This document shows, piece after piece, positions 39,461 through 48,785 of a DNA stretch of 64,000 bases. The stretch is from Gemmatimonas sp. (GTDB lineage Bacteria > Gemmatimonadota > Gemmatimonadetes > Gemmatimonadales > Gemmatimonadaceae). The stretch is from positions 3,936,001-4,000,000 of the forward strand of contig OZ257156.1 of NCBI GenBank assembly GCA_965279375.1. The letters run 5' to 3'. The position numbers and the translations under genes are program-made. Below the pieces are notes generated by a model that ran no database searches, was not told the DNA's origin, and saw only the letters and a list, made by a program, of their open reading frames with translations. Numbering within the stretch: the first letter of the stretch is position 1; every line of letters starts with the position of its first letter.

Positions 39461-39468
39461 CACGCCGT

Positions 39469-39828
39469 TTAACCGGCTGACGGCTCCTCGCCACGCTTTG
39501 CCGGCGGCAACAGCGGACGGATATCAGCCGCGAGCTGCCGCATCTCCTGCGTCATCGCCGCAACGGCAGACCGTTCACGAAAGAGCTCGTCGGTGATCTG
39601 CAGCGCGGCGAGGATCGCCGCCTTCTGCGTTTCCAGCGTTGGACCGCCGGACATGATTGCCCGAATGGTGCGATCGACATGTTCGGCCACGGACTGAGTG
39701 TGCTGCGCCGACGCCTCCGTCCGAAGCGTGTACTCCTCGCCCACGATCTTGACCCGCACGACGCTCTTGTTGTCGAGCATGCCGTCCATCATCCCATCCA
39801 TCGACCCGTCCCGACGCTCGCTGTTCAC
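39469..39828 (-). CDS. zapA: Cell division protein ZapA
   Basis: VRVKIVGEEYTL...VAEHVD...KAAILAALQITDELF; true start may be at a later Met. Confidence 0.9.
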   Translation of the reverse strand: MNSERRDGSMDGMMDGMLDNKSVVRVKIVGEEYTLRTEASAQHTQSVAEHVDRTIRAIMSGGPTLETQKAAILAALQITDELFRERSAVAAMTQEMRQLAADIRPLLPPAKRGEEPSAG

Positions 39829-40310
39829 TTCTCCGTCCCCTGCCCGATCTGCTGACGAAGAAAACGCATGCGCTCGGCCAGCTGCGCCGTCCGCTCCCGT
39901 GCTTCCTCGAGCAACGACCGCAACTCAGCGTTCTCCCGCACCAGGGCGGCGTCTGCAACTTCGGCCAAGGCGGCAGGGTCAGGCGAGGCCGCGCGCTCCG
40001 ATGCCTCGGCCAGCGCAGCCGCGGCCGCCGACGCCGCGGCGGTCGCCGCTTCTGCTGCCGACGACTCGGCACGAGCCCGCGCTGCACGTGCCTCGATCAG
40101 GTCGCGCCGCGCAGCCGCGAGCTCGTCTCGCAGCGCGTCCCGTTCGACGGTCACTTGCACCTCGCCGTCTCGCGACCCGATCAGCAGCGCGTCGAGCTCA
40201 CGCATCCGCGCCTCAGCGGCCATCGCTCGACGGCGATATCCGGCGAGCTGGTCGCTGAGATTGCGGACCAGCGTATCGAGCTCACGAAAGGCGAAGACTT
40301 CAGGTCGCAC
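39825..40310 (-). CDS. Coiled-coil protein in the ZapB position
   Basis: Heptad-rich, Ala-rich ORF between pheT and zapA, overlapping both. Confidence 0.7.
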   Translation of the reverse strand: MRPEVFAFRELDTLVRNLSDQLAGYRRRAMAAEARMRELDALLIGSRDGEVQVTVERDALRDELAAARRDLIEARAARARAESSAAEAATAAASAAAAALAEASERAASPDPAALAEVADAALVRENAELRSLLEEARERTAQLAERMRFLRQQIGQGTEK

Positions 40311-42765
40311 GCGCTCGGATTCCCAGTTCCTTGTCGAGGCTCTCCAGCAACTTCGCGCGACGTCCATCGAGTTCGCGCTGCCCAAGCGTCCGCTCCGGAT
40401 GACGGAAGGTCAACCGCCAGCCCAGGCTGCGATAGCCCGGCGCGATGCCGGTACCACGGAACTCGTCGAACAGCGCCACTCGCTCCAGCAAGTCACCGCC
40501 CACCCGGCGCAGCACTGCTGCCACGCTCTCCGCCGTGGTCGCATCCGGCACCAGCAGCGCCATGTCGAACTCGGCAGCCGGTGTGACGGGCAGTGGCTTG
40601 AAGCGAATACCGGCTGACGATGGAGAGGGCCGTTCCACTCGCTCCGTGTGCGCGCACGAACCTGGCGGCGCGACATCCTGCGAAGGCATCACACCAAGCG
40701 TGAGTTCCACGCCGAAGACCTCGGACGCCCATACCGGTCGATCGAGCGAGACACGCACCACGCGACCGACCAGCTCGCCCGTCACGTTCCCCTCCGCGCC
40801 GCTGCCCGTGCGATAGACGTTCCAGAGCACCTCGCCCTCGCCAGGCTTGAGCCCCACCGCGCCGTCGCCGAACACCACTGTGCTCACGCGCTCGGCCAGC
40901 GCCTTGACGTCCCACACGTCGAACGCCGGCGGTTGCGGTTCCGTGAAATGCGACGGACGGCGTGCGCCCATGATCAACGCGGCGACCCGCACTTCTTCGC
41001 GCGGCAGACGCCCCTTGGTGGGCACGAACGCGTTGCCCACCTCGAAAAGCCTGACGTTGCCCTGCATGCGCGACAGGTTGTACTCAGCGCGGCGCGCCAG
41101 CGTGTCGAGCAGCGATGCGCGCAGATACGGCTCGTCGTCAGCCAGTGGGTTGAGCACGCGCGGGGTGCTGTCGTCACCAGTCGCGGTAAACGGCATCGGC
41201 CGCACTTCCGAAAGTCCCAACGAGACGAGCGCATCACGCACGCGTCGTCCGACCAAATGCAACGCGTGGTCAGGCGCCGTACCCGGACGGAACGGACGCA
41301 GTTCATCGGGAAGCGCGTCGAAGCCGATCAGTCGCGCGACTTCCTCGATGAGATCGACTTCGAGCAGCAAGTCATGACGCCACGCCGGAGACTGCACGTG
41401 CAACGCCTCACCGGCGTCGGTCACGACGCAGCCCAGTGACGTCAGGCGACGCGTGATCTCGTCGCGCGAGACGTCTACGCCAAGGAGACGGGCCAGTCGT
41501 GACGGCCGCAGCGCGATCGCCGCGCGCGATGCCGGCGCAGCGCCCACTTCGAGCGCCATTGAGACGGTACCGCCCGCCACCTGCGCGATCAACGCCGCGC
41601 CGAACATGGCCATCTCTTTCGTCGCCGCGCCATCGATGCCGCGCTCGTAGCGATAGCTCGCATCGGTGGTGAGTCCCACGGCCTTGCGCACACGACGCAC
41701 AAAACGCGCATCGAACAGCGCGACTTCCAGCAACACGTCGGTGGTGGTCTCGGTCACTTCGCTGTCGCGCCCACCCATGACACCGGCCAACGCGACCGGC
41801 CGCTCGCCATCACAGATCACCGTGGTGCCTTCGGCGATCGCGCGCTCGGTGCCGTCGAGCGTGACGAGCGATTCGCCCGCGCGCGTGGGACGCACCACAA
41901 TCGACGAACCCGCCAACTTGTGCAGATCGAACGCGTGCACCGGCTGACCCATCCCGTGCAGCACGTAGTTAGTGGCATCGACCACGTTGCTGATGCTGCG
42001 CTGACCGATGCTCTCCAGCCGCTTCACCAGCCACGCCGGGCTCGGCCCCACCTTTACGCCGCGAATCACTACCGCCACGTAGCGCGAGCAGCTCGCAGAG
42101 TCCTCCACGCGAATCGTGATGCCGTCGTGCGACACCTCGCGATCGCCGTGATGCACGACCGTGTGGAGCTCCACACCCGCGAGGTCGCTCGTGGGGAACG
42201 GCGAAATCGGCGCGCCGAGAATCGCGTGCAGTTCGCGCGCCACACCGCGGTGCGACAAGAGGTCGGGGCGATTGGGCAGGACGTCTAGGTCGAGCTGTGC
42301 GTCGGACGCCGTCAGCACCTGGAGCAACGGCGTACCCGGCGCCACATCAGTTTCGAGCGTCAGGATGCCGTCGTGCTCTTCACCAAGCCCAAGCTCGCGC
42401 GCTGAACAGAGCATGCCGTTGGACGTCTCGCCGCGAATCTTCCGCTTCTCGATCTTGAGACCGGCGGGCATGATCGTGCCGGTGCGTGCGAACGGATACT
42501 TCGCCCCGGCGACGACATTCGGCGCGCCGCACACCACGTCCAGCAACGTGCCGCTGCCGTCGTCCACCTTGGTGACCCAGAGGTGATCTGAATTGGGATG
42601 ACGCCCCGCTTCCACCACCTGTGCCACCACGAACGCCGACAGATCCGCGCCCACGCCACGAATGCCATCGAGCGTGACGCAATGACGGCTCAGGAGATCA
42701 CCGATCTCTTCGGCCGAATGCGAATGCGGAACGAACTGCTTGAGCCACTCGTGCGAGACGATCAT
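40300..42765 (-). CDS. pheT: Phenylalanine--tRNA ligase beta subunit
   Basis: SHEWL, HPNSDHL, VCGAPN, SNGMLCS, PNRPD, VVDATNYV, SYRYERG, DLIEEVARL, FDX-ACB C-terminus. Confidence 0.97.
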   Translation of the reverse strand: MIVSHEWLKQFVPHSHSAEEIGDLLSRHCVTLDGIRGVGADLSAFVVAQVVEAGRHPNSDHLWVTKVDDGSGTLLDVVCGAPNVVAGAKYPFARTGTIMPAGLKIEKRKIRGETSNGMLCSARELGLGEEHDGILTLETDVAPGTPLLQVLTASDAQLDLDVLPNRPDLLSHRGVARELHAILGAPISPFPTSDLAGVELHTVVHHGDREVSHDGITIRVEDSASCSRYVAVVIRGVKVGPSPAWLVKRLESIGQRSISNVVDATNYVLHGMGQPVHAFDLHKLAGSSIVVRPTRAGESLVTLDGTERAIAEGTTVICDGERPVALAGVMGGRDSEVTETTTDVLLEVALFDARFVRRVRKAVGLTTDASYRYERGIDGAATKEMAMFGAALIAQVAGGTVSMALEVGAAPASRAAIALRPSRLARLLGVDVSRDEITRRLTSLGCVVTDAGEALHVQSPAWRHDLLLEVDLIEEVARLIGFDALPDELRPFRPGTAPDHALHLVGRRVRDALVSLGLSEVRPMPFTATGDDSTPRVLNPLADDEPYLRASLLDTLARRAEYNLSRMQGNVRLFEVGNAFVPTKGRLPREEVRVAALIMGARRPSHFTEPQPPAFDVWDVKALAERVSTVVFGDGAVGLKPGEGEVLWNVYRTGSGAEGNVTGELVGRVVRVSLDRPVWASEVFGVELTLGVMPSQDVAPPGSCAHTERVERPSPSSAGIRFKPLPVTPAAEFDMALLVPDATTAESVAAVLRRVGGDLLERVALFDEFRGTGIAPGYRSLGWRLTFRHPERTLGQRELDGRRAKLLESLDKELGIRARAT

Positions 42766-43773
42766 CGAGCGAACTGCTCCAGGAAGCGGACGTCAGAATC
42801 GTAGAGAACGCGAATGTCGTGGATGTCATAGCGCGACATCGCAATGCGCGCCGGGCCCATGCCGAAAGCCCAGCCGGTGTACTTCTCGCTATCCAGTCCG
42901 GCGGCTTCGAGCACGTTGGGATGCACCATGCCGCAGCCGAGGATCTCCACCCAGCGCAGTCCCTTGCCGTCGTTGAGGTCCACTTCGACGTCCATCTGCG
43001 CCCCCGGCTCCACGAACGGAAAGTACGACGGACCAAAGCGTACGCGGCGCGACGCTCCGTAAAAGCGGCGGGCGAATTCAGCGAGCGTCGCCTTGAGATC
43101 CACGAACGAGATGCCTTCGTCGACTGCCAAGCCTTCGAGCTGCATGAACGCCGGTGCGTGCGTCGCATCGAAGAAGTCGCGGCGATACACCTGCCCGGGC
43201 GCCAGCACGCGCACCGGCGGCTTGTAGCGCTGCAACGTGCGCACCTGCACCGGTGACGTATGCGTGCGCAACAACGTGTCGTCGCCCAGATACAACGTGT
43301 CGTGCAGCTCCATCGCCGGATGGTCGGGCGGGAAGTTGAGCGCACCGAAGTTGTACTGCTCCGTCTCCGCTTCCGGACCAAGTGCGATCGTGAAGCCTAG
43401 TTCGCGGAAGATCTCGCAGATCTCGTCGATGACGATGGTGACGGGATGCAGCGAACCGGTCCACTGCGCGCGGGCGGGCATCGTGGCGTCGAAGGCCTGC
43501 ACGCCACTGCTCGCGGCCTGCGCGGCGGCGAATCCGTCCACCGCCGATTGGATGGCGTTCTTGAGCGTGTTGAACGCGGTGCCGGCGGCGCGACGATCTT
43601 CCGCGGCCAGCGAACGCAGCGCGCCCTGCAACTCAGCGACGCGTGCGTCCTTGATCGCGTTGAGTTGCCCCTTGATGGTATCGAGGCGTGTCGAAGGATC
43701 GGCCGCGTCCATGAACGCGAGCACGTCGCGCATGAGCGCGTCAACCAGCGCTTCGTAGTCGGAGAGTAGCACG
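42762..43773 (-). CDS. pheS: Phenylalanine--tRNA ligase alpha subunit
   Basis: GSLHP, NFGALNFPPDHPA, LRTHTSPVQ, DATH, FPFVEP, WVEILGCGMVHP, GWAFGMG; start uncertain. Confidence 0.96.
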
Positions 43774-43859
43774 ATGAGTAGAGACGGATGAGGCACGATA
43801 CGCGAGAGGCCGGCATCCATTGGATACCGGCCCCGCAACTTAACCCGAACGCGAGCAGA

Positions 43860-44246
43860 TTACGCGGCGGTCGTCTCGGCGGACTTCATGTTCTCGAGCG
43901 CCTTGCGGGCGAGGTCCGCGATCGCGGCGAACGCGTCCGGCTCGCGCACGGCGAGATCGGCCAGCACCTTGCGATCGACTTCGACGCCAGCGGCATGGAG
44001 GCCGCTGATGAACGCGGAGTACGACATGTCATGCGTGCGGGCAGCCGCGTTGATACGGATGATCCACAGGCGACGGAAGTCGCGCTTCTTGTTCTTGCGG
44101 TCGCGATAGGCATAGCGCCAGCCGCGCTCGACGGTCTCCTTTGCTGCCTTCCAAAGCTTGCTCCGGCCGCCAAAGGCGCCCTTCGCATGCTTCATGATCT
44201 GCTTCTTACGCTTCAGACGAACGACGTTGGATTTGACGCGAGGCAT
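43860..44246 (-). CDS. rplT: 50S ribosomal protein L20
   Basis: MPRVK...YAYRDRKNKKRDFRRLWIIRINAA...DRKVLADLA. Confidence 0.98.
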   Translation of the reverse strand: MPRVKSNVVRLKRKKQIMKHAKGAFGGRSKLWKAAKETVERGWRYAYRDRKNKKRDFRRLWIIRINAAARTHDMSYSAFISGLHAAGVEVDRKVLADLAVREPDAFAAIADLARKALENMKSAETTAA

Positions 44247-44258
44247 GGATCGTTCTCC

Positions 44259-44456
44259 TTAGGCGACGAGAAGACGCTTGATACGCTTCACTTCGCCGTT
44301 CGTGGTTACGATCGTCGGGCGACGCAGATTGCGCTTCTTCTTCGCATCCATCTTGGTGAGGATGTGGCTCTTGTAGGCCTTCAGGCGCCGGACCTTCCCC
44401 GAACCAGTAATGGAGAAGCGCTTCTTGGCGCCGCTGTGGGTCTTCATCTTGGGCAT
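44259..44456 (-). CDS. rpmI: 50S ribosomal protein L35
   Basis: [21 protein letters not shown]...SHILTK. Confidence 0.98.
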   Translation of the reverse strand: MPKMKTHSGAKKRFSITGSGKVRRLKAYKSHILTKMDAKKKRNLRRPTIVTTNGEVKRIKRLLVA

Positions 44457-44524
44457 GACACGCTCGCGGCTACGGTGAATCCGCCCCGTCGCCGGAGCGG
44501 CCCTGCTTTCGATCACGCGCCGAA

Positions 44525-45043
44525 TTACTTCGGTGCGAGAATCATCGTCATCGATTTTCCTTCCATGGTCGGTGAGCTCTCGATCTTCGCCAGATCGACC
44601 AGCTCCGCAGCCACCCGATCGACCACCTGCTTCCCCAACTCGGGATGCGCGATCTGTCTGCCGCGGAACATCAGCGTCACCTTCACCTTGTTCCCCTCTT
44701 CGAGGAAGCGCCGCGCGTGGCGGGTCTTCGTCTCGAAATCGTGATCGTCGATCCCAGGGCGGTACTTCACTTCCTTGAGATGGATCACGTGCTGCTTCTT
44801 CTTCGCGATACGAGCCTGCTTGGCCGCCTCGAACTTGAACTTCCCGTAGTCCATGATGCGGACCACCGGCGGCCGAGCTGTCGCCGCGACCTCGACGAGA
44901 TCCAGCCCCTGCTCAACCGCCTGGGCCAGTGCCACGTCGACTTCCATGATGCCGAGCTGACTGCCATCGGCCGCAATCACGCGGACGGGACTGATCCGGA
45001 TCTGCCGGTTCACCCGTGGCGGACGCTTCGTGGAATCCTGAAT
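44525..45043 (-). CDS. infC: Translation initiation factor IF-3, probable ATT start
   Basis: [51 protein letters not shown]8-ATT at 45043. Confidence 0.95.
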   Translation of the reverse strand: MQDSTKRPPRVNRQIRISPVRVIAADGSQLGIMEVDVALAQAVEQGLDLVEVAATARPPVVRIMDYGKFKFEAAKQARIAKKKQHVIHLKEVKYRPGIDDHDFETKTRHARRFLEEGNKVKVTLMFRGRQIAHPELGKQVVDRVAAELVDLAKIESSPTMEGKSMTMILAPK

Positions 45044-45061
45044 ACGCCGAGCTCCCTTGGA

Positions 45062-45262
45062 GAGAAACAAAAAAACGCGAACCCGTGAGGAGTCCGCGTC
45101 GGAACAAGCACACTGTCACCTACGCGTGGCGCACGTGGGGGGCAGTTGCCAGATCGATGGACTCCATCAGCACACCTCGGGGAATGCGCACATTCCGCGT
45201 CGAGGGCCGAAGGGTGAGGAGGGCGTCGCTGCCCTCCCGCTTGTCGGGTTGTATTCCAGCCA
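45062..45262 (-). promoter_or_regulatory. L20-leader-like attenuator of infC-rpmI-rplT
   Basis: GGAGGGC-agcgac-GCCCTCC-TCACC...GGTGA, then terminator ACGCGGACTC-ctcac-GGGTTCGCGT-TTTTTTG just before the infC SD. Confidence 0.65.
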
Positions 45263-45269
45263 ACAGAAT

Positions 45270-45298
45270 AACGTAGAACGCTCCCACGGATACGGCAA
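45270..45298 (-). promoter_or_regulatory. Sigma70-type promoter of the infC operon
   Basis: TTGCCG-N17-TACGTT. Confidence 0.7.
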
Positions 45299-45327
45299 GG
45301 GCCGCCCAGAATCTCGCCGCAGGGCCC

Positions 45328-46209
45328 CTAGCCCTCGGCGGCGAGGTGGTACCCCTTTCCGTCGTGTGCCACCCGTCCAAAACCGTGGTGCGCGTCGTGC
45401 TCGAAGATCAGGAGCCACTCCGCCGCGATGGCGTCGGCCAAGAGCGCGCGCTTCGACTCGAGCGTCACCAGCGGCTCCACGTCGTAGCCCATGATCCACG
45501 GCAGCGGCAGGTGATGCGACGTCGGCACCACATCGCCCAGAAAGCACGCCGTCTCCCCCTTCGATCGCAGCACCACGCTCTGATGGTGCGGCGTGTGCCC
45601 CGGCGTCGGGCGCAGCTCGATTCCCGGCAGGATCTCCGTCACGCCGCTCACCAGATCGAACCGCCCTGCGGCGAAGATGGGATCCCAGTTGTTCGGGAAG
45701 TAGCTCGCCGACGTCCGCTCGTTCGCGCGCTGCGCGTACGCGAGCTCGCCCGCCTGCACCACGTACCGCGCGTTGGGAAAGGTGGCCTTGATCTCCCCGT
45801 CCGGCGTACGCGTCGTGTTACCGCCGGCATGATCGAAGTGCAGGTGCGTGTTGATCACCAGCGTCACGTCGTCAGGGGTGAAGCCCGCCGCCCGAATGCC
45901 ATCCTCCAGCGCCGTCGGTCCCGCGCCCACCACGTTCTCGATGCCGTAGATGTCGTGGAATTTGGTCGACTCCTTGTTGCCGACGCCGGTGTCGATCAGC
46001 ACCAGTTCGTTCGGATGCTCGACCAGCAAACAGCGCATGCCCATCGGAATGCGGTTGCGCGCGTCGGCGGCCAGGCGGCGCTCCCAGAGCGTCTTGGGGA
46101 CCACGCCGAACATCGCGCCACCGTCGAGTTGCTGCCCACCGGCCTGAATGGCGTGCACGCGCCAATCGCCAACCGAGCGCGCATCATGCAGCGGAACCGG
46201 AAACGTCAT
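45328..46209 (-). CDS. MBL-fold metallo-hydrolase (YtnP-like)
   Basis: LDGGAMFGVVPK.LW, IDTG, THLHFDHAGG, GHTPHHQ, GD, MGYD, FEHD. Confidence 0.92.
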   Translation of the reverse strand: MTFPVPLHDARSVGDWRVHAIQAGGQQLDGGAMFGVVPKTLWERRLAADARNRIPMGMRCLLVEHPNELVLIDTGVGNKESTKFHDIYGIENVVGAGPTALEDGIRAAGFTPDDVTLVINTHLHFDHAGGNTTRTPDGEIKATFPNARYVVQAGELAYAQRANERTSASYFPNNWDPIFAAGRFDLVSGVTEILPGIELRPTPGHTPHHQSVVLRSKGETACFLGDVVPTSHHLPLPWIMGYDVEPLVTLESKRALLADAIAAEWLLIFEHDAHHGFGRVAHDGKGYHLAAEG

Positions 46210-47165
46210 GCGATATCGTCCTGAGAAACGGGATGCGGGAAGGCGCGCCGACGACGATCGGCAGCGGTACGCGAACGGCGCTCAGCCGGTGTATGCAGAC
46301 GGCGATCCAACTCCGGCCAACTCTCGATACCCAAGTCAGCGGCCACATCCAGCAACCGCAGCAGCACCTGCGCGGTCGCCTCGGCGTCGCCCGCGGCGCG
46401 GTGGCGCGAGGCAATCGAAATGCCGAAGTAGTTGGTGACGTGATCGAGCGACCGGCGGGAGAGCTGCGGCAGCAGTGCGCGAGTGAGACGCACCGTACAG
46501 AGCTTGGGGCCTGAGAGCTGCGTCGCCGTGCCGCGCAGCAATTCCTCGCTGACAAAGCGCCAATCGAACGACGCGTTGTGTGCCACGAACACATGTCCCG
46601 CGAGTCGTCGCCCAACCTCGGGCGCAATCTGCCGAAAGACCGGCTGATCTCGCACCATCTCCCAGCTGATCTGCGTGAGCGACGTGATGTACGGCGGAAT
46701 GGGCCGCTCAGGGTTCACGAGCTGCGAGTACACCTCGCGCACTTCGCCGCCCTGAACCTGCGCGATCGCGATTTCGGTGATGCGATCGCCATTGGCCGCA
46801 CGCGTGCCCGTCGTTTCCACGTCCACCACGGCAAACGCCACATCGCGCAGCGACGGGGCCGGTGGCGACGCGCAATTGCCCGTGTCGTCGGGCGTCGAGT
46901 ACGCGATCGCCCGATCCGGGCGCACCCAGCCGCGTAACGACCAGTGTCCCGACGGCAACTGCACGAACTCGTCGTGACTCGACAGGAGGGCGATCGCCAT
47001 GCGTTCGGCTGCGTCCTGCTGCAGCTTGGCCACCTGACAGACATCGCGCATCAGCGTAATCGCGTCGAGTGGACCGTCCGCCAGCCGTGCCGCGGCGCGC
47101 GCGGAGAGGGTGGTCGGGCGCGGCTGCAGGCGTGCTCCGAGAACGGGCGCTGGCGTGAATGGCAT
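46206..47165 (-). CDS. DEDDh 3'-5' exonuclease (DnaQ/PolC-like) with N-terminal extension
   Basis: VVDVETTG, VAHNASFDWRF, HRAAGDAEATA. Confidence 0.92.
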   Translation of the reverse strand: MPFTPAPVLGARLQPRPTTLSARAAARLADGPLDAITLMRDVCQVAKLQQDAAERMAIALLSSHDEFVQLPSGHWSLRGWVRPDRAIAYSTPDDTGNCASPPAPSLRDVAFAVVDVETTGTRAANGDRITEIAIAQVQGGEVREVYSQLVNPERPIPPYITSLTQISWEMVRDQPVFRQIAPEVGRRLAGHVFVAHNASFDWRFVSEELLRGTATQLSGPKLCTVRLTRALLPQLSRRSLDHVTNYFGISIASRHRAAGDAEATAQVLLRLLDVAADLGIESWPELDRRLHTPAERRSRTAADRRRRAFPHPVSQDDIA

Positions 47166-47221
47166 CGGCCGCAAGATACTCCCTGCTCCGACCTAGTAAA
47201 TCGACGAGCGGTTGCCTACGT

Positions 47222-47239
47222 TTGTGAAGTATTTCACAA
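47222..47239. promoter_or_regulatory. Rex operator
   Basis: TTGTGAA-GTAT-TTCACAA perfect palindrome matching the Rex consensus, 13 nt before the rex GTG. Confidence 0.92.
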
Positions 47240-47252
47240 GCTATGCCCTCTC

Positions 47253-47891
47253 GTGAAACGTATCGCCGACTCCACCGTTCGTCGCCTGTCGATGTACCTC
47301 CGCTACCTCGAGGACCTCGACACCCGCGGCACCAAAACCGCCTCAAGCGACGAGCTCGCTCACCTCTGCGGCACCACGCCGGCCCAGGTGCGCAAAGACC
47401 TGTCGTTCTTCGGCTCCTTCGGAAAGCGCGGACTCGGCTATCCGGTCCACGAGCTCACCGCGCACATTCGCGAAATCCTCGGGCTCGAGCGCGAATGGAA
47501 GGTCGTCATCGTCGGCGCCGGTAAGATCGGTGCGGCGCTCGCCAACTATCGCGGCTTCAACCAGCGCGGTTTCCAGGTGGTCGGCGTCTACGACAACAGC
47601 CCCGACAAGATCGGCAAACCGTGGGGCGCGTCGATCGTACGTGACATGGCCGACCTCGAGCGCGACGTCGAGCAAGAGGGCGCGCTGATCGCCGTCCTCG
47701 CCATCCCCTCCGACGACGCCCAGCACGTGGTCGACGCAGTCATCGGCGCCGGCATTCGCGCGATCCTCAACTTCGCGCCCACGCAGATCACCGTGCCGCC
47801 GCACGTCTCGCTCAAGTCGGTGAACATGGCGATGGAGCTGGAAGGGCTCTCGTTCGCCCTCACCAACGCCGGCAACAAGGGCGCGGCCTAA
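47253..47891 (+). CDS. rex: Redox-sensing transcriptional repressor Rex
   Basis: TVRRLSMYLR, SSDELA, AQVRKDLSFFGSFGKRGLGY, VGAGKIGAAL, AILNFAP. Confidence 0.97.
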   Translation: MKRIADSTVRRLSMYLRYLEDLDTRGTKTASSDELAHLCGTTPAQVRKDLSFFGSFGKRGLGYPVHELTAHIREILGLEREWKVVIVGAGKIGAALANYRGFNQRGFQVVGVYDNSPDKIGKPWGASIVRDMADLERDVEQEGALIAVLAIPSDDAQHVVDAVIGAGIRAILNFAPTQITVPPHVSLKSVNMAMELEGLSFALTNAGNKGAA

Positions 47892-47915
47892 CGCACGGTT
47901 TCGAAGGCGCTCGGC

Positions 47916-48785
47916 CTACGCCTCGTCGCTCACCGCGTCAGGCGGCACGACCAGCGGCCGATCCGCGAGCGCCGTCACCAACCGCGCAAAATCCTCTGGC
48001 GACAGCACCTCAGGCCTCGCATCCGGCCGCAACGCACAGTGCGCGATGATCGCTTCAGCGGTGGGTGCATCCAACGCGGCAATCGTTCGCACGACGCGCA
48101 CCAGCTGCTTCCGCCGCAAACCGAACGCGGCCTGCACGAACTTCCGATACCGCGTCTCCAGTGCCTCCGATATCGCCGGATCGGGCCTTGGCACCACACG
48201 CACCACCGCCGAGTCCACCGTGGGCGGCGGATTGAACGCGCCAGGTGGTACACGGCGCACCAACTCCACGCGCGCGACCGACTGCACGTTCACGCTCAGC
48301 GCGCCATAAATCTTGTCGCCCGGTGGCGCGGCCATGCGGTCAGCCACTTCCTTCTGCACGAGATACACGGACACGTCGGCGCGCGGCCGCTCGAGCGCAT
48401 GGAAGAGAATCGGCGTGGTGATGTAGTACGGCACGTTCCCCGCCAGCACGAACGAGCCACCAGCCGCGGCGGCCAGATCTGTCTTGAGCACGTCACCTTC
48501 AATGATCGTGACGTTCGGATTCCCCGCGTAGCGCGTGCGCAGATGCGCCGCGAGATCGCGGTCCAACTCGATGGCCACCACACGCCCCGCACGCTGCACG
48601 AGAATGTCGGTGAGTGCGCCACGCCCCGGTCCGATCTCCACGACGGTGCGATCGGCGATGGGGCCGAGCGCGGACACGATCGAGTCGAGCACGTGATTGT
48701 CGCGCAGGAAGTGCTGCCCGAAGCGCTTTCTTGGCGTCGGTAGCGCATCCTTCTCGGGAGGCCGTGGCCGCTGTCGGAAGCCCAT
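47916..48785 (-). CDS. rsmA: 16S rRNA adenine dimethyltransferase
   Basis: KRFGQHFL, EIGPGRGALT, IELD, GNVPYYITTPI, QKEVA, FNPPPTVDSAV. Confidence 0.96.
   Translation of the reverse strand: MGFRQRPRPPEKDALPTPRKRFGQHFLRDNHVLDSIVSALGPIADRTVVEIGPGRGALTDILVQRAGRVVAIELDRDLAAHLRTRYAGNPNVTIIEGDVLKTDLAAAAGGSFVLAGNVPYYITTPILFHALERPRADVSVYLVQKEVADRMAAPPGDKIYGALSVNVQSVARVELVRRVPPGAFNPPPTVDSAVVRVVPRPDPAISEALETRYRKFVQAAFGLRRKQLVRVVRTIAALDAPTAEAIIAHCALRPDARPEVLSPEDFARLVTALADRPLVVPPDAVSDEA

Noticed and set aside
39776..39802. MDGMMDGML repeat at the ZapA N-terminus
   Set aside because: Short imperfect duplication that only makes the start codon ambiguous
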